Positions 1 through 27,400 of a DNA stretch of 64,000 bases are shown in pieces. The stretch is from Macrostomum lignano. Taxonomy: Eukaryota. Position 1 is the stretch's first letter, and every line of letters begins with the position of its first letter. The position numbers and the translations under genes are program-made. The notes below the pieces were generated by a model that saw nothing but the letters and a program-made list of their open reading frames with translations, did not search any database and had not been told where the DNA came from. The stretch lies in the NCBI GenBank assembly GCA_002269645.1, contig NIVC01003692.1, forward strand, positions 18,574 through 82,573, written 5' to 3'.

Positions 1-264
1 TTTTGGCAAGCGGTTTTTTACATGGCAACAGATGCATACGTCATATGGTAGCCGGGATAGAAAAAACCTTTTCTGCATTACTGATTTACTTGGTACTAAA
101 GTAAGTTAGCTAGGCATATTTTAACAAATTTGGAAGATGCAGTGAATACTGATGTTTAAATTTGGAATCAAGTAAAATATGAATTCAAGCATAGTCACAA
201 AATGGAGGTGGTTGTAAAATGTCGGATTTGTTAAATGTCGGTCTTGTATAGTGTCGGTGAACCC
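1..264. mobile_element. Possible right terminus of a GGG-ended (MULE/foldback-type) element running off the window start
   Basis: Spaced (AA)TGTCGG repeats end in GTCGGTGAACCC at 264, similar in style to the ends of the 29184-31080 element. The left end and TSD are not visible. Confidence 0.3.
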
Positions 265-485
265 GGCCCCTCATCTGACCCGCAATAAAAACTGGATTAC
301 AGGGATTGTAGTCGTTTCTTACCTGCCTCCAGTTGAAATGAATAGCTCACCTATAGCGATTGCATTGAGCAGCAAAATAAAATGAACTTGATGAGAACTA
401 AATCTAGCATGCCAAAAGCAAATTAAAATTGATAACAACTGTCCTATTGCAGAGTTTGTCAGGTGTAGCTGCATAAATTTGCAAC

Positions 486-13798
<13,313 letters not shown>

Positions 13799-16700
13799 TC
13801 GGCAGAACCTCTCTCTCTCTTTCTCTCTCAGCTGCGACGTCGGCCGTTCGCTTGAACTGGGACGCGCAGCAGTTGCGTGTTGCCGATTGCTCCTTAATTA
13901 CCGAATATAATATTGTAAAGAAAAGGCGCTAGCCAGCCTCTGTCGACCAAATTACACGTTTTTCTGCTCTCCTAGTTCCTTTTCTTACAGCGTTCAAAAA
14001 AAGGCAGCCGCGGCCACTCAGAGAGCGCTGGCAGCGACGATTTTCTTACCCAGCAGCAGCCGATCGAGAGCCAAGCTTCTTTTGCTGGGGAAGGGGGGGC
14101 TGCGGCGGCCAACCCCGCCCCCTCAGCCAGGGCTATTATTTGGAACTGCAGAGCAGAGTGAGCTGAATGGAGTCGGGGCAATTATGAATGAATGAATGAA
14201 TGAATGAAGTAGCGTGCTGCTTTGGTTGCATGGCGAAGAGGACAGAAGAAATTCAAGTAGAGAATATGAGTAGAATATGCACCGCAGTGTGGGCTGCAGA
14301 ACTCTTATCGCTAATATTAAATGCTATACGGCACATGTGCCCTATATTCTGGATGTATAAAAATTCTGTTTGAGTGCAGGCTGAGTTCTTTGAGGTGAGC
14401 AAGTCCCACCCCGCCATCCAGCTGCCATCATCTCAGCTATAGTACCTATCAGTTATTATATAGTAATAGCTATATTACGAGTATACAAGCTTGCGGCAGC
14501 GCAAAAGGCATATATGAATCATTGTAATTTGAGAGCCTCGCGTGGTGTGAATGTAGTTGCCTCCAAAATGGACGAAAAGTTCTGCCGGCTAAAGGGAACT
14601 ATTTTTGGGGATACCATATCGAATTTGCTTCGCATATATAAGGTTTCTGGTTTCTGTTAGTTCTGTTAACGTTGTTACGAATCAACACTTATTGTAGCAA
14701 ATGCTGCGCACGCTGCATGCTGCATCTTATAGTTTTGCAGCTAGGGGTCCTAAATCATCTTTGGTATCTGGTTTCACTCAAACAACAATTCTATACAACT
14801 CACTTCATGTTGTCTTTATATGCGAACAGAACAGAAAATTCACTGTATACACGCAGAACTCTACTTGTAAATTCAACTTTCCCACAGTGCGTACATATGT
14901 TACATGTATGCAGGAACACGCAGAACCATTTTGGAGCAGGAGCAAATTTGTTATTTTGAAAAGCTATAAATGGGCACCACAGCCTGATTCTGCTAGAAAA
15001 GGAAAGCCACTGAAATTCTGTACACTGTAAGTTATCCAGTATTGATCAACTACAGGCAATTAAAATACTTTTATTACTCGTATGTACTGTACGTCGTACA
15101 GTACACTGCAGAATGTATGTTTAGCACGTAAAATGTTTATTACATGAGTAAGAGTATAGTAGCTTACATAATAAAATAATATTTTAATTTATATGCTATA
15201 TCGTGCGCTCTACATGTACATTACATGTATAGTTTAACGGCAAAACCGCGTGCATTAAATAAAACGTTAACAATTTAATTTTAGATCTAGTACGTTTGCT
15301 CATGGTTAATTGCTTTACTTTGTTGTACATTACAGCTAACAACAAATCGACACGTATTTCGAAGAAAACATCGTCAGCCGCTTCAACGTCATGCGGCATT
15401 GATAAACAAGGAAGTTATACTTTTGCATTACGCGACGTCTCTATAATATAATAAAGTAATTTTTAATTACGTTATTTTTACGTTATTGTATTTTTAATAA
15501 TGCCCTGAGACGTATCCAATTTAATAACTATATGATCCTCTAACAAGCTCGATTCTACAAAATTCGTGAATAAAAAATAATTACTGGATCGAATCGTTTC
15601 ATAATTCACTTTTCATGAATTTTTCGGTTCAAATTTTTGGTCCTAAAATTAAAATTACATGTAAAAGCAAAGGAAAAAGGGTTTGCGTGCTCTTATATTT
15701 TATGAATAGTGTCATTAGGCGTTGTTAAAGACACTTTAGTCTCACTAAAAGTACTATAATTAAATCTAAATCCTGTGATTCTAGCCGCAGCCACTCAATT
15801 ACAGACACATGTACATGTATTATGGCTGGTTTGCATACCAGCCATACCGCCTGGTTGCATACCGCCTGGCCCTGCAGGGTCAAAATAGTACAGACGACAG
15901 CCATAAGTAGCATGCTTCGCAAGTACTTTTTAAAGTATAGACTGATTACGAAATAAAAAAATTGCCTTTGGCATTGAAGGCATCAACTATCCATATGTAC
16001 CCGTATACAGACGACAACAAGCACATTTGAGCTCTGCAGGTTAGTTTGCTCGTGACATCGTAAGTTTTCGTGAATGACAATTATTTAAATATTTCGTTTC
16101 GGAGAAAATCTAAGTTGAATGAATTATTTAACAACTAACAAAAAATAAATTAATTATAGGCTATAGCCATAGGCCTACAAAACAGTGGAAGGCAAGACTA
16201 CTAACGCATTTTATTAGTTTGGGGCTCTGAGTCATTTTCAAACTGAATACAGTTAATTAAACCAAGTAGCTTTAGTTCAAGCAAAACTAGCATTTGACAT
16301 TGAAATGAGTTGAATTTTAAGAAATGAATTATTATAGCTAACGTAACTGTAATGAATAATAATTGGGTTTTGGCTATAGGTATACTTAGAGTATAGGCAA
16401 ACTATGGCTTTTAAATTAATATATTTCTTTAGCTCAAGCTGCAATATAAAAACAGCTTTTTGTGTTTTTAGCTGCTATTATTTTATATTATAGTATTTTT
16501 GATCTAGTCTACTTAATAATATGCAAGTCAAAAAAACTATATATACATAGACCTATAGCAGCTGCAGCTTGCAGTAAACTGCTACTAATTCTTGGACATC
16601 GATAGGCCTAACAACCAATTTAATTGTTAGAGCAACAATTTAATGCTTTTAAAGGGGATAGAATAGAAGTATTTTAAGACTCTACTCTAGTTGGTTGCAT

Positions 16701-19505
16701 ATTGCTCCAAATTGTTTTATCATTCTAGAAATAAGTACTACTTAGGCCTATCGCAATATATTGTAAAATTATTTTCATTTTTATCTATGCAACATTAAAG
16801 CATTGAAATCATAAACTAAACTAAGCTCTCCCTTTAAAACAATAATAAGTTTTACTCTAAACTATTAAATTGATTGTTATCTATAGCCAAAACTTTGATA
16901 ATAGTTGGCATGGTTTCTGCCAATCGGCATTAAATTATATACTTGCTACATTAAATAGATTGAAAAAATGTTTTTTTTTAAAAGAAAAATGCTGATGTTT
17001 TATTATATTTGTCATAGTATATCATAGCTATATTCATAATAATAGGCCTAGCAAAGCAATAAATAGGCAAGAGTTTACACTAATTACACTAATTATTGTT
17101 AACTAGTTATTTTCATCCTATTGATCTATTTTATCATTTTAATGTAAATTTGTTCGCTTTTGTTTTTTTCTATAAAAAAATAAAACTAGGCCTAATTGTA
17201 TGACTATTTCCATATTTGAAGCTATAATTTAAAGTAATTCTTTGTAGGCATGCTTATATCTACTATCCCTATTGGAATAAATGTTAAAAACCCGTAGACG
17301 CGCGCTTTAGAAAAGAGTCAAACTATTTTACCGCGCTTTAGGATTATTAGAGATGTTCCGAAAGATCTGCAGTTTCGTCGAAATCAAAATTCGCTAACTT
17401 TCCAAAATCAAAATTGAAATTTCCCGAAATCATAACTCAGAAAAACAAAGTTTAGTATGATCAACACTCACTTTTTTACTTTCAATTTACTGCTTAAGCA
17501 AAAAGTAATACATGTATATGTAGTAGAATTAGAAAGTAGTTTATTTTTAGCGACTTTTTAGACACTACCAAAATTTTCACTTCTAAATTTTATTTCGAAA
17601 TTGAAATTCGCTCTAAAAAATTTCAAATTTTGGAAAATTGAAATTGAATTTTCGGAACATCTCTAAGCTTAATAAATTACGAGTGTATAAGCCCCTTCAA
17701 CAGAGGTATTATACCCATTTCCATGTATATGTATTTGCTAGAGCAGCAGCCAGTAAGAAAGGGCAGCGCGCGCAGGCGCTGCGCCTGTGCGCGCGCTGCG
17801 CTTTAGAAAAATTTCAAAAGTGCGCCGGACACCGTCCGCGGTTTTACAACTTTTTCCTATAGGGTCTACTATCTATATTATATAAGTGCATTATCATTTT
17901 GTCTACCGGTAGACAAAACAACTTTCTAAAAAGAAAAAGTAAAGTATAGCTATATAGCTTATAAAGCTTTTTTTATAATGAGATATTGCAAGTCATGCAA
18001 AGAGTTATTGTGAGATGTCTTTTTTGTATATATAATTTTGTTTATTGCAACATTTCAAAGAAGCTTTATATTTAATTTAAATATCCATTGAAAAAAGTTT
18101 TGTGCTTTAGACAGTTAGGGAATCAGAAAGCAGAGTAGTTTGTAGTTGAACATGATTGTGATTGGCTGGCTATTGTGATCCTTGGCCTACCCCTACCCCT
18201 ATCCAATGGTGATAACACTAGAGCCCAACTGGGATAGGAAAAATCTGATTGGATAGGATTGAATTCAAAAAGTTGGGACTTAGGATTGGTTAGGATTGGG
18301 ATCAAGGTCTACCATCAGCATCCAGGCTTATTAACTAGGTATATGATAGCTAATGGTGCATTTATTACTATAATATATAGATAGGCCAGTAGGCACATTT
18401 ATTAATTCTTATTAGTAGGCCCTATCTAATGTAGGTGATATTACCACTACTATATTAGCCTAAGTTGTAGTTTAGTATAAGTTGGTACTACTAAAGCATA
18501 GAGCCCAGACAAACTCAGGTTTTGGTCAAGTCGAGTACTTGACCAAACCTTGGGAGTTCAAGCTGAGTAGGCTATTCAAGTCAAGTTTTGTTGAGCAATT
18601 GAGTAGAATGATTCAAATTTGGTAGTTACATGTGTAGTGAATTTCAAGTCTCAACCTTGCTCTATTTGACTATTGTCATATTTTTTGCACAAAACTTTAT
18701 ATTTTTCATTTTGTTGATTTTTCTCATAATTATAGATGATCAAATAACACCTTGAGCATAAAATTGTGTTTTTCAATCACTTTGTTTGAATAAGTTAATT
18801 GATTCATTTACATAAACATATTCTAGGAAATCAAAATAACCTCAAACTAAATAAACAAATCAATTTGGCAAATTTGCCTCATTTAGTCCTTTCAAAATTG
18901 CTTCTAAACAATTTTTTTGGTATACTTAAAATGTAAAAACTTTTTATTAATCCCACGTAACTCCTGACACTTACTCCCAACATGGTCAGGAATCTGAAAA
19001 AAAACACACAGGTCCCAACCAAGTTGGGATTGGGATCCTGGTTGGGCTTGGGCTTGGGATTGGGATCCTAGTTGGGCTTTAGATAACACATTTGCTGTCC
19101 TGTTGCAGAGTTTATTCATAATAAACAAAACATTAGTATATAGGTCAAGTCCACATTTGGTTGGGTCTTTTGGGTAATAATATTTTTAGATACAATTGTT
19201 CTTTTTTAAAATGATTATGTTATCTTTACTTTAAAGTATTTTAAAGATATACAATCCAGATATTTCCTTTTAATATTATATACACATGGAAACTGATATC
19301 ATTTTTAATATTTTGTTGGCAGACAAAATGACTGTCAACTATATTATAGACTGCCATAGTATCCTATTGCCATAGCTATATTTATGGCATAAAACTTAAG
19401 CATATATTTTATTATCTTTTTGAATCTTATAGTTGCTCTAAAAAGAAAATAATAGTTAGTTTTCAAATAAATTTCTACTTTATTGGATACTTTTAGTGGT
19501 CCAGA

Positions 19506-21895
19506 ATGTGGATATTTGGCTATGGGTCTCTGGTGTGGAAAGCAGATTTTCCATATGAAGAGAAGCTGTATGGCTATGTACTTGACTATGCCAGAAGATT
19601 CTGGCAGTCCAGTCCTGACCATAGAGGAACTCCTGATTTGGTAAGTTATTTGGATTTAGTATTTTCTGTTTCATTTTCATTTTCAGTTTGTATCTTCTGC
19701 ACTGCTTTAATGATACCAATATATCCCTAATCTCTAACTAGGTATTCATATCTAGAGGATGGGATCTCTAATTAGGGATTTATTATACCTGGAGGATGGG
19801 ATTTCGAATTAGGGATTAATACATTGGATTATCGTGTCACTAATTAGCAAATTAATACCTTAGATTGTAGTGTCACTGATTAGGGATTAATACCTTGGAT
19901 AATAGGATCACTGATTAGGGATTAATACCTGGATGATTGGATCACTGATAAGGGGTTAATACCTGGATGATTGAATTACTGATTAGGGATTAATTAATAC
20001 CTGGATGATGGGATCACTAATTAAGGGATTAATACCTGGATGATGGGATCACTAATTAAGGGATTAATACCTGGATGATGGGATCACTAATTAAGGGATT
20101 AATACCTGGATAATAGGATCACTGATTAGGGATTAATACCTTGGATAATAGGATCACTGATTAGGGATTAATACCTGGATGATTGGATCACTGATAAGGG
20201 GTTAATACCTGGATGATTGAATTACTGATTAGGGATTAATTAATACCTGGATGATGGGATCACTAATTAAGGGATTAATACCTGGATGATGGGATCACTA
20301 ATTAAGGGATTAATACCTGGATGATGGGATCACTAATTAAGGGATTATTACCTGGATAATAGGATCACTGATTAGGGATTAATACCTTGGATTATAGGGT
20401 CACTAATTAGGGATTAATACCTTGGATGATGGGACATCTAATTAGGGATTAATACTAGAATAAAAGAATCACTGATTAGGGATTAATACCTTGGATAATA
20501 GGATCACTGATTAGGGATTAATACCTGGATGATTGGATCACTGATAAGGGGTTAATACCTGGATGATTGAATTACTGATTAGGGATTAATTAATACCTGG
20601 ATGATGGGATCACTAATTAAGGGATTAATACCTGGATGATTGGATCACTAATTAAGGGATTAATACCTGGATGATGGGATCACTAATTAAGGGATTAATA
20701 CCTGGATAATAGGATCACTGATTAGGGATTAATACCTTGGATAATAGGATCACTGATTAGGGATTAATACCTGGATGATTGGATCACTGATAAGGGGTTA
20801 ATACCTGGATGATTGAATTACTGATTAGGGATTAATTAATACCTGGATGATGGGATCACTAATTAAGGGATTAATACCTGGATGATGGGATCACTAATTA
20901 AGGGATTAATACCTGGATGATGGGATCACTAATTAAGGGATTATTACCTGGATAATAGGATCACTGATTAGGGATTAATACCTTGATGATTGGATCACTA
21001 ATTAAGGGATTAATACCTGGATGATTGGATCACTAATTAAGGGATTAATACCTGGATGATTGGATCACTAATTAAGGGATTGATACCTGGATGATTGGAT
21101 CACTGATTAGGGATTAATACCTGGATGATTGGATCACTAATTAAGGGATTAATACCTGGATGATTGGATCACTAATTAAGGGATTGATACCTGGATGATT
21201 GGATCACTGATTATGGATAATACCTGGATGATTGGATCACTGATTAGGGATTAATACCTGGATAATAGGATCACTGATTAGGGATTAATACCTGGATGAT
21301 CGGATCACTAATTAAGGCATTAATACCTGGATGATTGGATCACTGATTAGGAATTAATACCTGGATGGTTGGATCACTGATTAGGAATTAATACCTGGAT
21401 GATTGGATCACTAATTAAGGGATGAATACCTGGAGTATTAAGAATATTAAGCGTGCCTATTTCACCTGGCAGCCGGGCCGCACAGTGACTCTGGTGCCGA
21501 GTCCGGGCGAGCGAGTCTGGGGTGCCGCCTACCGGCTGGCAGAGGACGAAGTGGCGCGGGTCCGCAGCCACCTGGACGAACGCGAGAAAGCCGGTTACGG
21601 AATGCTGCCAATTCAATTCTACCCTGCTGACCGGCCCGGCCAGCCGCTAGCCGCCAGTGTGTATGTTAATAGCGGCGAGCGGCACTATTTAGGGCCCCAG
21701 ACTGTGCCAAGCATTGCTGAACGAGTTGCAATCGCTTCGGGAGCCAGCGGTCCCAATACAGATTATGTGCTGCGACTGGCTGCTGCTATGCGCGATATCG
21801 GCGCCCCAGATGCTCTGGACCCTCATCTGGCCGAGGTTGAGGCGGCTGTGCTGCTTCTGCTGGGCAAGCACAATGGCTCATCGGCAACACGTTGA
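19506..21895 (+). CDS. CHAC2: ChaC-family glutathione-specific gamma-glutamylcyclotransferase, 2 exons
   Basis: Exons 19506-19640 and 21473-21895, phase 0. Motifs [26 protein letters not shown]|[21 protein letters not shown] and [10 protein letters not shown]. Confidence 0.92.
19755..21430. repeat. About 35-bp satellite with higher-order blocks filling the ChaC intron
   Basis: Unit CTAATTAAGGGATTAATACCTGGATGATGGGATCA; variant blocks recur in the same order. Confidence 0.95.
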
Positions 21896-21951
21896 ACTAA
21901 AATCAGAATGTTGCCTGTCCTTTTTATAAGTCCTAAATTTACGGTCTGTGT

Positions 21952-22645
21952 TGTTTAGGGTCTGTGTAGTTTAGGGTCTGTGTAGTTTAGGGCCTGTGGA
22001 GTTTAGGGCCTGTGTAGTTTAGTGTCTGTGTAGTTTAGGGTCTGTGAAGTTTAGGGTCTGATGTTTAGGGTCTGTGAAGTTTAGGTTTGGTGAAGTTTAG
22101 GGTCTGTGATGTTTAGGGTCTGTGAAGTTTAGGGTTTGTGAAGTTTAGGGTCTGTGAAGTTTAGGGTCTGTGAAGTTTAGGGTCTGATGTTTAGGGTCTG
22201 TGACTTAAGTTTAGCGTCTGTGAAGTTAAGGGTCTGTGAAGTTTAGGGTCTGTGTAGTTTAGGGTCTGTGTAGTTTAGGGTTTGTGAAGTTTAGGGTCTG
22301 TGAAGTTTAGTGTCTGTGAAGTTTAGAGTTTGTGAGGTTTAGGGTTTGTGAAGTTTAGGGTCTGTGAAGTTTAGTGTGTGAAGTTTAGGGTCTGTGAAGT
22401 TAAGGGTCTGTGAAGTTTAGGGTCTGTGTAGTTTAGGGTCTGTGTAGTTTAGGGTTTGTGAAGTTTAGGGTCTGTGAAGTTTAGTGTCTGTGAAGTTTAG
22501 AGTTTGTGAGGTTTAGGGTTTGTGAAGTTTAGGGTCTGTGAAGTTTAGTGTGTGAAGTTTAGGGTCTGTGAAGTTTAGGGGCTGTGAAGTTTTGGGGCTG
22601 TGAAGTTTAGGGTTTGTGAAGTCTAGGGTTTGTGTAGTTTAGTGT
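21952..22645. repeat. 16-bp minisatellite (TTTAGGGTCTGTGAAG)n
   Basis: Direct reading. Confidence 0.95.
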
Positions 22646-23144
22646 CTAGGGATAAAAAACAATAGGCATTAACTATGCAAAAGTTATTTACGCGACACAT
22701 CAGAGAATAGATTGCAGCCTTAGGCTTCGTAGAATCTTTCTACCTGTGCGATGATTATTGAGCAAATAGGTTTGCTATCTTTTCTCAATTAAATTTTTTT
22801 CTATTTCGTTTTGCTGGTTGCATCTGGTTTTTTTAGTTTTAACAGGACCTGATTGTTGTTTTTGCATTCATATGCAAGTATGTTGAATCAGAGGCAGCGC
22901 TTTCTAGTCGAACGTGCTTGTCTTCTAGTAGCAGAAATGTTTTTCCTGTATTTTCTATGCTTACGACGTCTTTCCTGGACAGAAGAGAGCTTCGTCTGTC
23001 CAAGCAGGGCCTGTTTTTCTCACAATCGGCTGGAAAGTTCAATAGTACAGAAATACACCATTTTTGAGTTGCTATGCATTATTAACTGAGCCTTTGCTGT
23101 TCCTCAGTTTGGATAATTTCGTATTCTATTGCATTGTAGTAATT

Positions 23145-23359
23145 TCTATCTATCTATCTATCTATCTATCTATCCATCTATCTATCTATCCATCTATCTG
23201 TCTGTCTATCTATCTATCCATCTATCTGTCTGTCTATCTATCTATCCATCTATCTATCTGTCTATCTATCTATTAATCTATCCATCTATCTATCTATCTA
23301 TCTACCTATCCATCTATCTATCTATCTATCTATCTATCCATCTATCTATCTACCTATCC

Positions 23360-23390
<31 letters not shown>

Positions 23391-23459
23391 CATCTATCTA
23401 TCTACCTATCCATCTATCTATCTATCTATCTATCTATCCATCTATCTATCTACCTATCC

Positions 23460-23502
<43 letters not shown>

Positions 23503-23506
23503 CATC

Positions 23507-23562
<56 letters not shown>

Positions 23563-23596
23563 CATCTATCTATCTATTTATCTATCTATCTATCTG

Positions 23597-23631
<35 letters not shown>

Positions 23632-23632
23632 G

Positions 23633-23666
<34 letters not shown>

Positions 23667-23735
23667 CATCTATCTATCTACCTATCCATCTATCTATCTA
23701 TCTATCTATCTATCCATCTATCTATCTACCTATCC

Positions 23736-23782
<47 letters not shown>

Positions 23783-23816
23783 CATCTATCTATCTATTTA
23801 TCTATCTATCTATCTG

Positions 23817-23847
<31 letters not shown>

Positions 23848-23887
23848 GTCTATCTATCTATCTGTCTATCTATCTATCTATCTATCG

Positions 23888-23925
<38 letters not shown>

Positions 23926-23975
23926 ATATCTATCTATCTATCTATCCATCCATCTATCTATCTATCTATCCATCC

Positions 23976-24019
<44 letters not shown>

Positions 24020-24140
24020 GTCTATCTATCTATCTATCTACCTATCCATCTATCTATCTATCTATCTATCCATCTATCTATCTACCTATCCATCTATCTA
24101 TCTATCTATCTATCCATCTATCTATCTATCTATCTATCTG

Positions 24141-24197
<57 letters not shown>
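23145..24197. repeat. About 1 kb (CTAT)n microsatellite
   Basis: Direct reading. Confidence 0.98.
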
Positions 24198-24408
24198 ATA
24201 CGTCTCCAAGTATTATAAAACCAGATGGTTTGTTAAAAATTTGGTTTTTATTCATTTTTCGAGAGGTAAAAAATAAAGTTTCTATTTCAGCTCTGCCCAT
24301 CAAGTGATTACACTGTCACATAGCTTAAACCATACAACACAAGCAGCATCCAGTCCCAATTGTTTTCAAGCATCGTCAAAGCAACGCTAAGCAATTAGAT
24401 TTATTTAG

Positions 24409-27400
24409 ATGGCTAGCACCGGTCCGAATGCTTCAAATTCAAAATCGCCCGCCAGCAACAAATCCAGAGATGTTGAAGAAGCGAACGACAGCTCTGTTGC
24501 TACTTTTAGTAGCGACTCGCGGCATCAGATTCGGTAAGCTCTGCGCTAAAGTGAAATTTGTCTGTTGGACAACTCTATACACTTGTGACTGAACATAAGC
24601 ATAGTTGGGTGGCTAATGTGTGTATTTTGTTTTACTTGAGCTAGGAAAACAAACAGACCTATCGGCGCGTGGTTCTGGCGCTGTCGCCTTTATCTATTGC
24701 TTGTGCTTATGTTTCAATATTATGAGAAATATTTGTCACTATTTTAATAGATTGCCTTAACTGTTAATTGAGCTTCCTGTGTTGATAAGCTTTTCTAGCT
24801 AAACATATGAGTGTATCTGGCTAAGAAGGGTGACAACTTAGTCTGAAAATTTGGAAAACTGTCCAGCAGCAGCAACTGAAGATCTGAAAAGCTTGCCCAG
24901 CAACTGAGGATTTGGTAGGCTGACCCAGCAACTGAGGATCTGGGAGGCTGGTGGCCCAGCAACTGAGGATCTGGGAGGCTGGCCCAACAACTGAGGATCT
25001 GGGAGGCTGGCCCAGCAACTGAGGATTTGGTAGGCTGACCCAGCAACTGAGGATCTGGGAGGCTGGTGGCCCAGCAACTGAGGATCTGGGAGGCTGGCCC
25101 AGCAACTGAGTATCTGGGAGGCTGGTGGCCCAGCAACTCAGGATCTGGGAGGCTGGCCACAGAAACTGAGGATCTGGGAGGCTGGCCCAGTTACTGAGTA
25201 TCTGGGAGGCTGGCCCAGCAACTGAGGATCTGGGAGGCTGGCCCAGTTACTGAGGATCTGGGAGGCTGGCCCAGCAGCTACCAAAGCCTACCATATCTTG
25301 CTGACAGGTCCCAGCTGCCAGTGGAGATGAAGCCGCGCACCGGTTTCAGCTTCTGGGAGTTCATGAAGAACTGCATAGGCAAGGAGCTCACTAGGATAGC
25401 CATGCCAATCAGCTTCAATGAGCCGCTGTCGTTTCTGCAGCGTGTCACCGAATATTTAGAGTACTCGAAGCTGCTGTTCCAAGCGGCGAGGTCAGATGAT
25501 CCAGTTCAGAGGCTGGAGGTGAGTGACGTCATCTCTCTATGCGAATATAATTTCAATGGTACACCCACATGCAATTCGCGCCCTCTTGTTAGAATGAATT
25601 AATCATTTTCAAGCTTCCGTAGGTACTACAAAGTTTGATCTGAAAGCTGCATTGCTGTAGGTGTCCTAGAGGTTGTTTTCTATTGCTGGAAAGGGAGAAA
25701 TAAGGTATTAACAGCCACTTGCATAAATTCCAAATATGCTTTCCTAACTATCAAACTTCATCCATTGGTTTCTGCGCCAGTACATCGCGGCTCTCGTGGT
25801 TTCTGGGCCTCATCGAACTGGGACCGGTTGAGTAAACCGTTTAACCCGCTGCAGGCGAGACCTACGAGCTGGATCGGTAAGCGGTGCGCTTGCTGTTTGT
25901 GATTTGTAAGACATTTCCTCATGTTGGGGCTCGCCACTCCCACACGTCCGTTTCTTGGTCAGTAACTGAGGGACTGGGAAGCTGGTGGCTTAGCAACTGG
26001 GGATCTGGGAGGCTGGTGGCTTAGCAACTGGGGATCTGGGAGGCTGGTGGCCCAGCAACTGGGGATCTCGGAGGCTGGTGGCTCAGCAACTGGGGATCTG
26101 GGAGGATAGTGGCCCAGCAACTGGGATCTGGGAGGCTAGCCCAGCAACTGGGATCTGGGAGGCTAGCCCAGCAACTAGGGATCTGGGAGGCTAGTGGCTC
26201 AGCAACTGGGGATCTGAGAGGCTGGCCCAGCAACTGGGGATCTGAGAGGCTGGTGGCCCAGCAACTGGGGATCTGAGAGGCTGGTGGCCCAGCAACTGGG
26301 GATCTGAGAGGCTGGTGGCCCAGCAACTGGGGATCTGAGAGGCTGGTGGCCCAGCAACTGAGGATCTGGGAGGCTGGTGGCCCAGCAACTGGGGATCTGG
26401 GAGGCTGTGGTGGCTCAGCAACTGGGGATCTGGGAGGCTGGCCCAGCAACTGGGGATCTAGGAGGCTGGCCCAGCAACTGGGGATCTGGGAGGCTGGCCC
26501 AGCAACTGGGGATCTGGGAGGCTGGCCCAGCAACTGGGGATCTGGGAGGCTAGTGGCCCAGCAACTGGGGATCTGGGAGGCTGGCCCAGCAACTGGGGAT
26601 CTGGGAGGCTAGTGGCCAGCAACTGGGGATCTGGGAGGCTGGCCCAGCAACTGGGGATCTGGGAGGCTAGTGGCTCAGCAACTGGGGATCTGGGAGGCTG
26701 GCCCAGCAACTGGGGATCTGGGAGGCTGGCCCAGCAACTGGGGATCTGGGAGGCTAGTGGCTCAGCAACTGGGGATCTGGGAGGCTAGTGGCTCAGCAAC
26801 TGGGGATCTGGGAGGCTAGTGGCTCAGCAACTGGGGATCTGGGAGGCTGGCCCAGCAACTGGGGATCTGGGAGGCTGGCCCAGCAACTGAGGATTCCGGA
26901 TCCTCAGCAACCATCAGTAGGCTTGGGTGGCTGTATATATGCTTAAAGGTTTAACCTTTAGCCACCGCAAACTCTCCAGCACTCGCGATCTCGGGTTCCG
27001 CGCAGTCTGCGAACAGGTGTCGCACCATCCGCCAACTAGCGCCTACCACGCCGAAGCAGCCGACGGCAGCTGGCTGTTTCACGGCAGCGTGTCGCCCAAG
27101 CTGTCCTTCTGGGGTAAAACTGTCGACGTGGCGCCTAAGGGCGTTGTTACCGTGGAATTGCCAAAGCGGGATGAAGTTTATACTTATCAGAATGTGCCGT
27201 GCAAGGTTCACAATATCTTGTTTGGAAAGCTTTGGGTTGAACATGTAAGTCTGACTTTCATGGTTTGAAAACAGTAGCAAGACCAAGACACTTCCCAGAG
27301 TTACGTCGCTCCAGAGTCGCTTCAAAGTCCTTTCAGGCGACGAGATGTCACAAACAAATCTGGGGCCGTAGAGTCGCATCTGAGACATGCTGGAGTCGCT

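Noticed and set aside
18510-18560. Hairpin TTTGGTCAAGT-CGAGT-ACTTGACCAAA
   Set aside because: Isolated; probably a MITE subterminal remnant with no definable boundaries.
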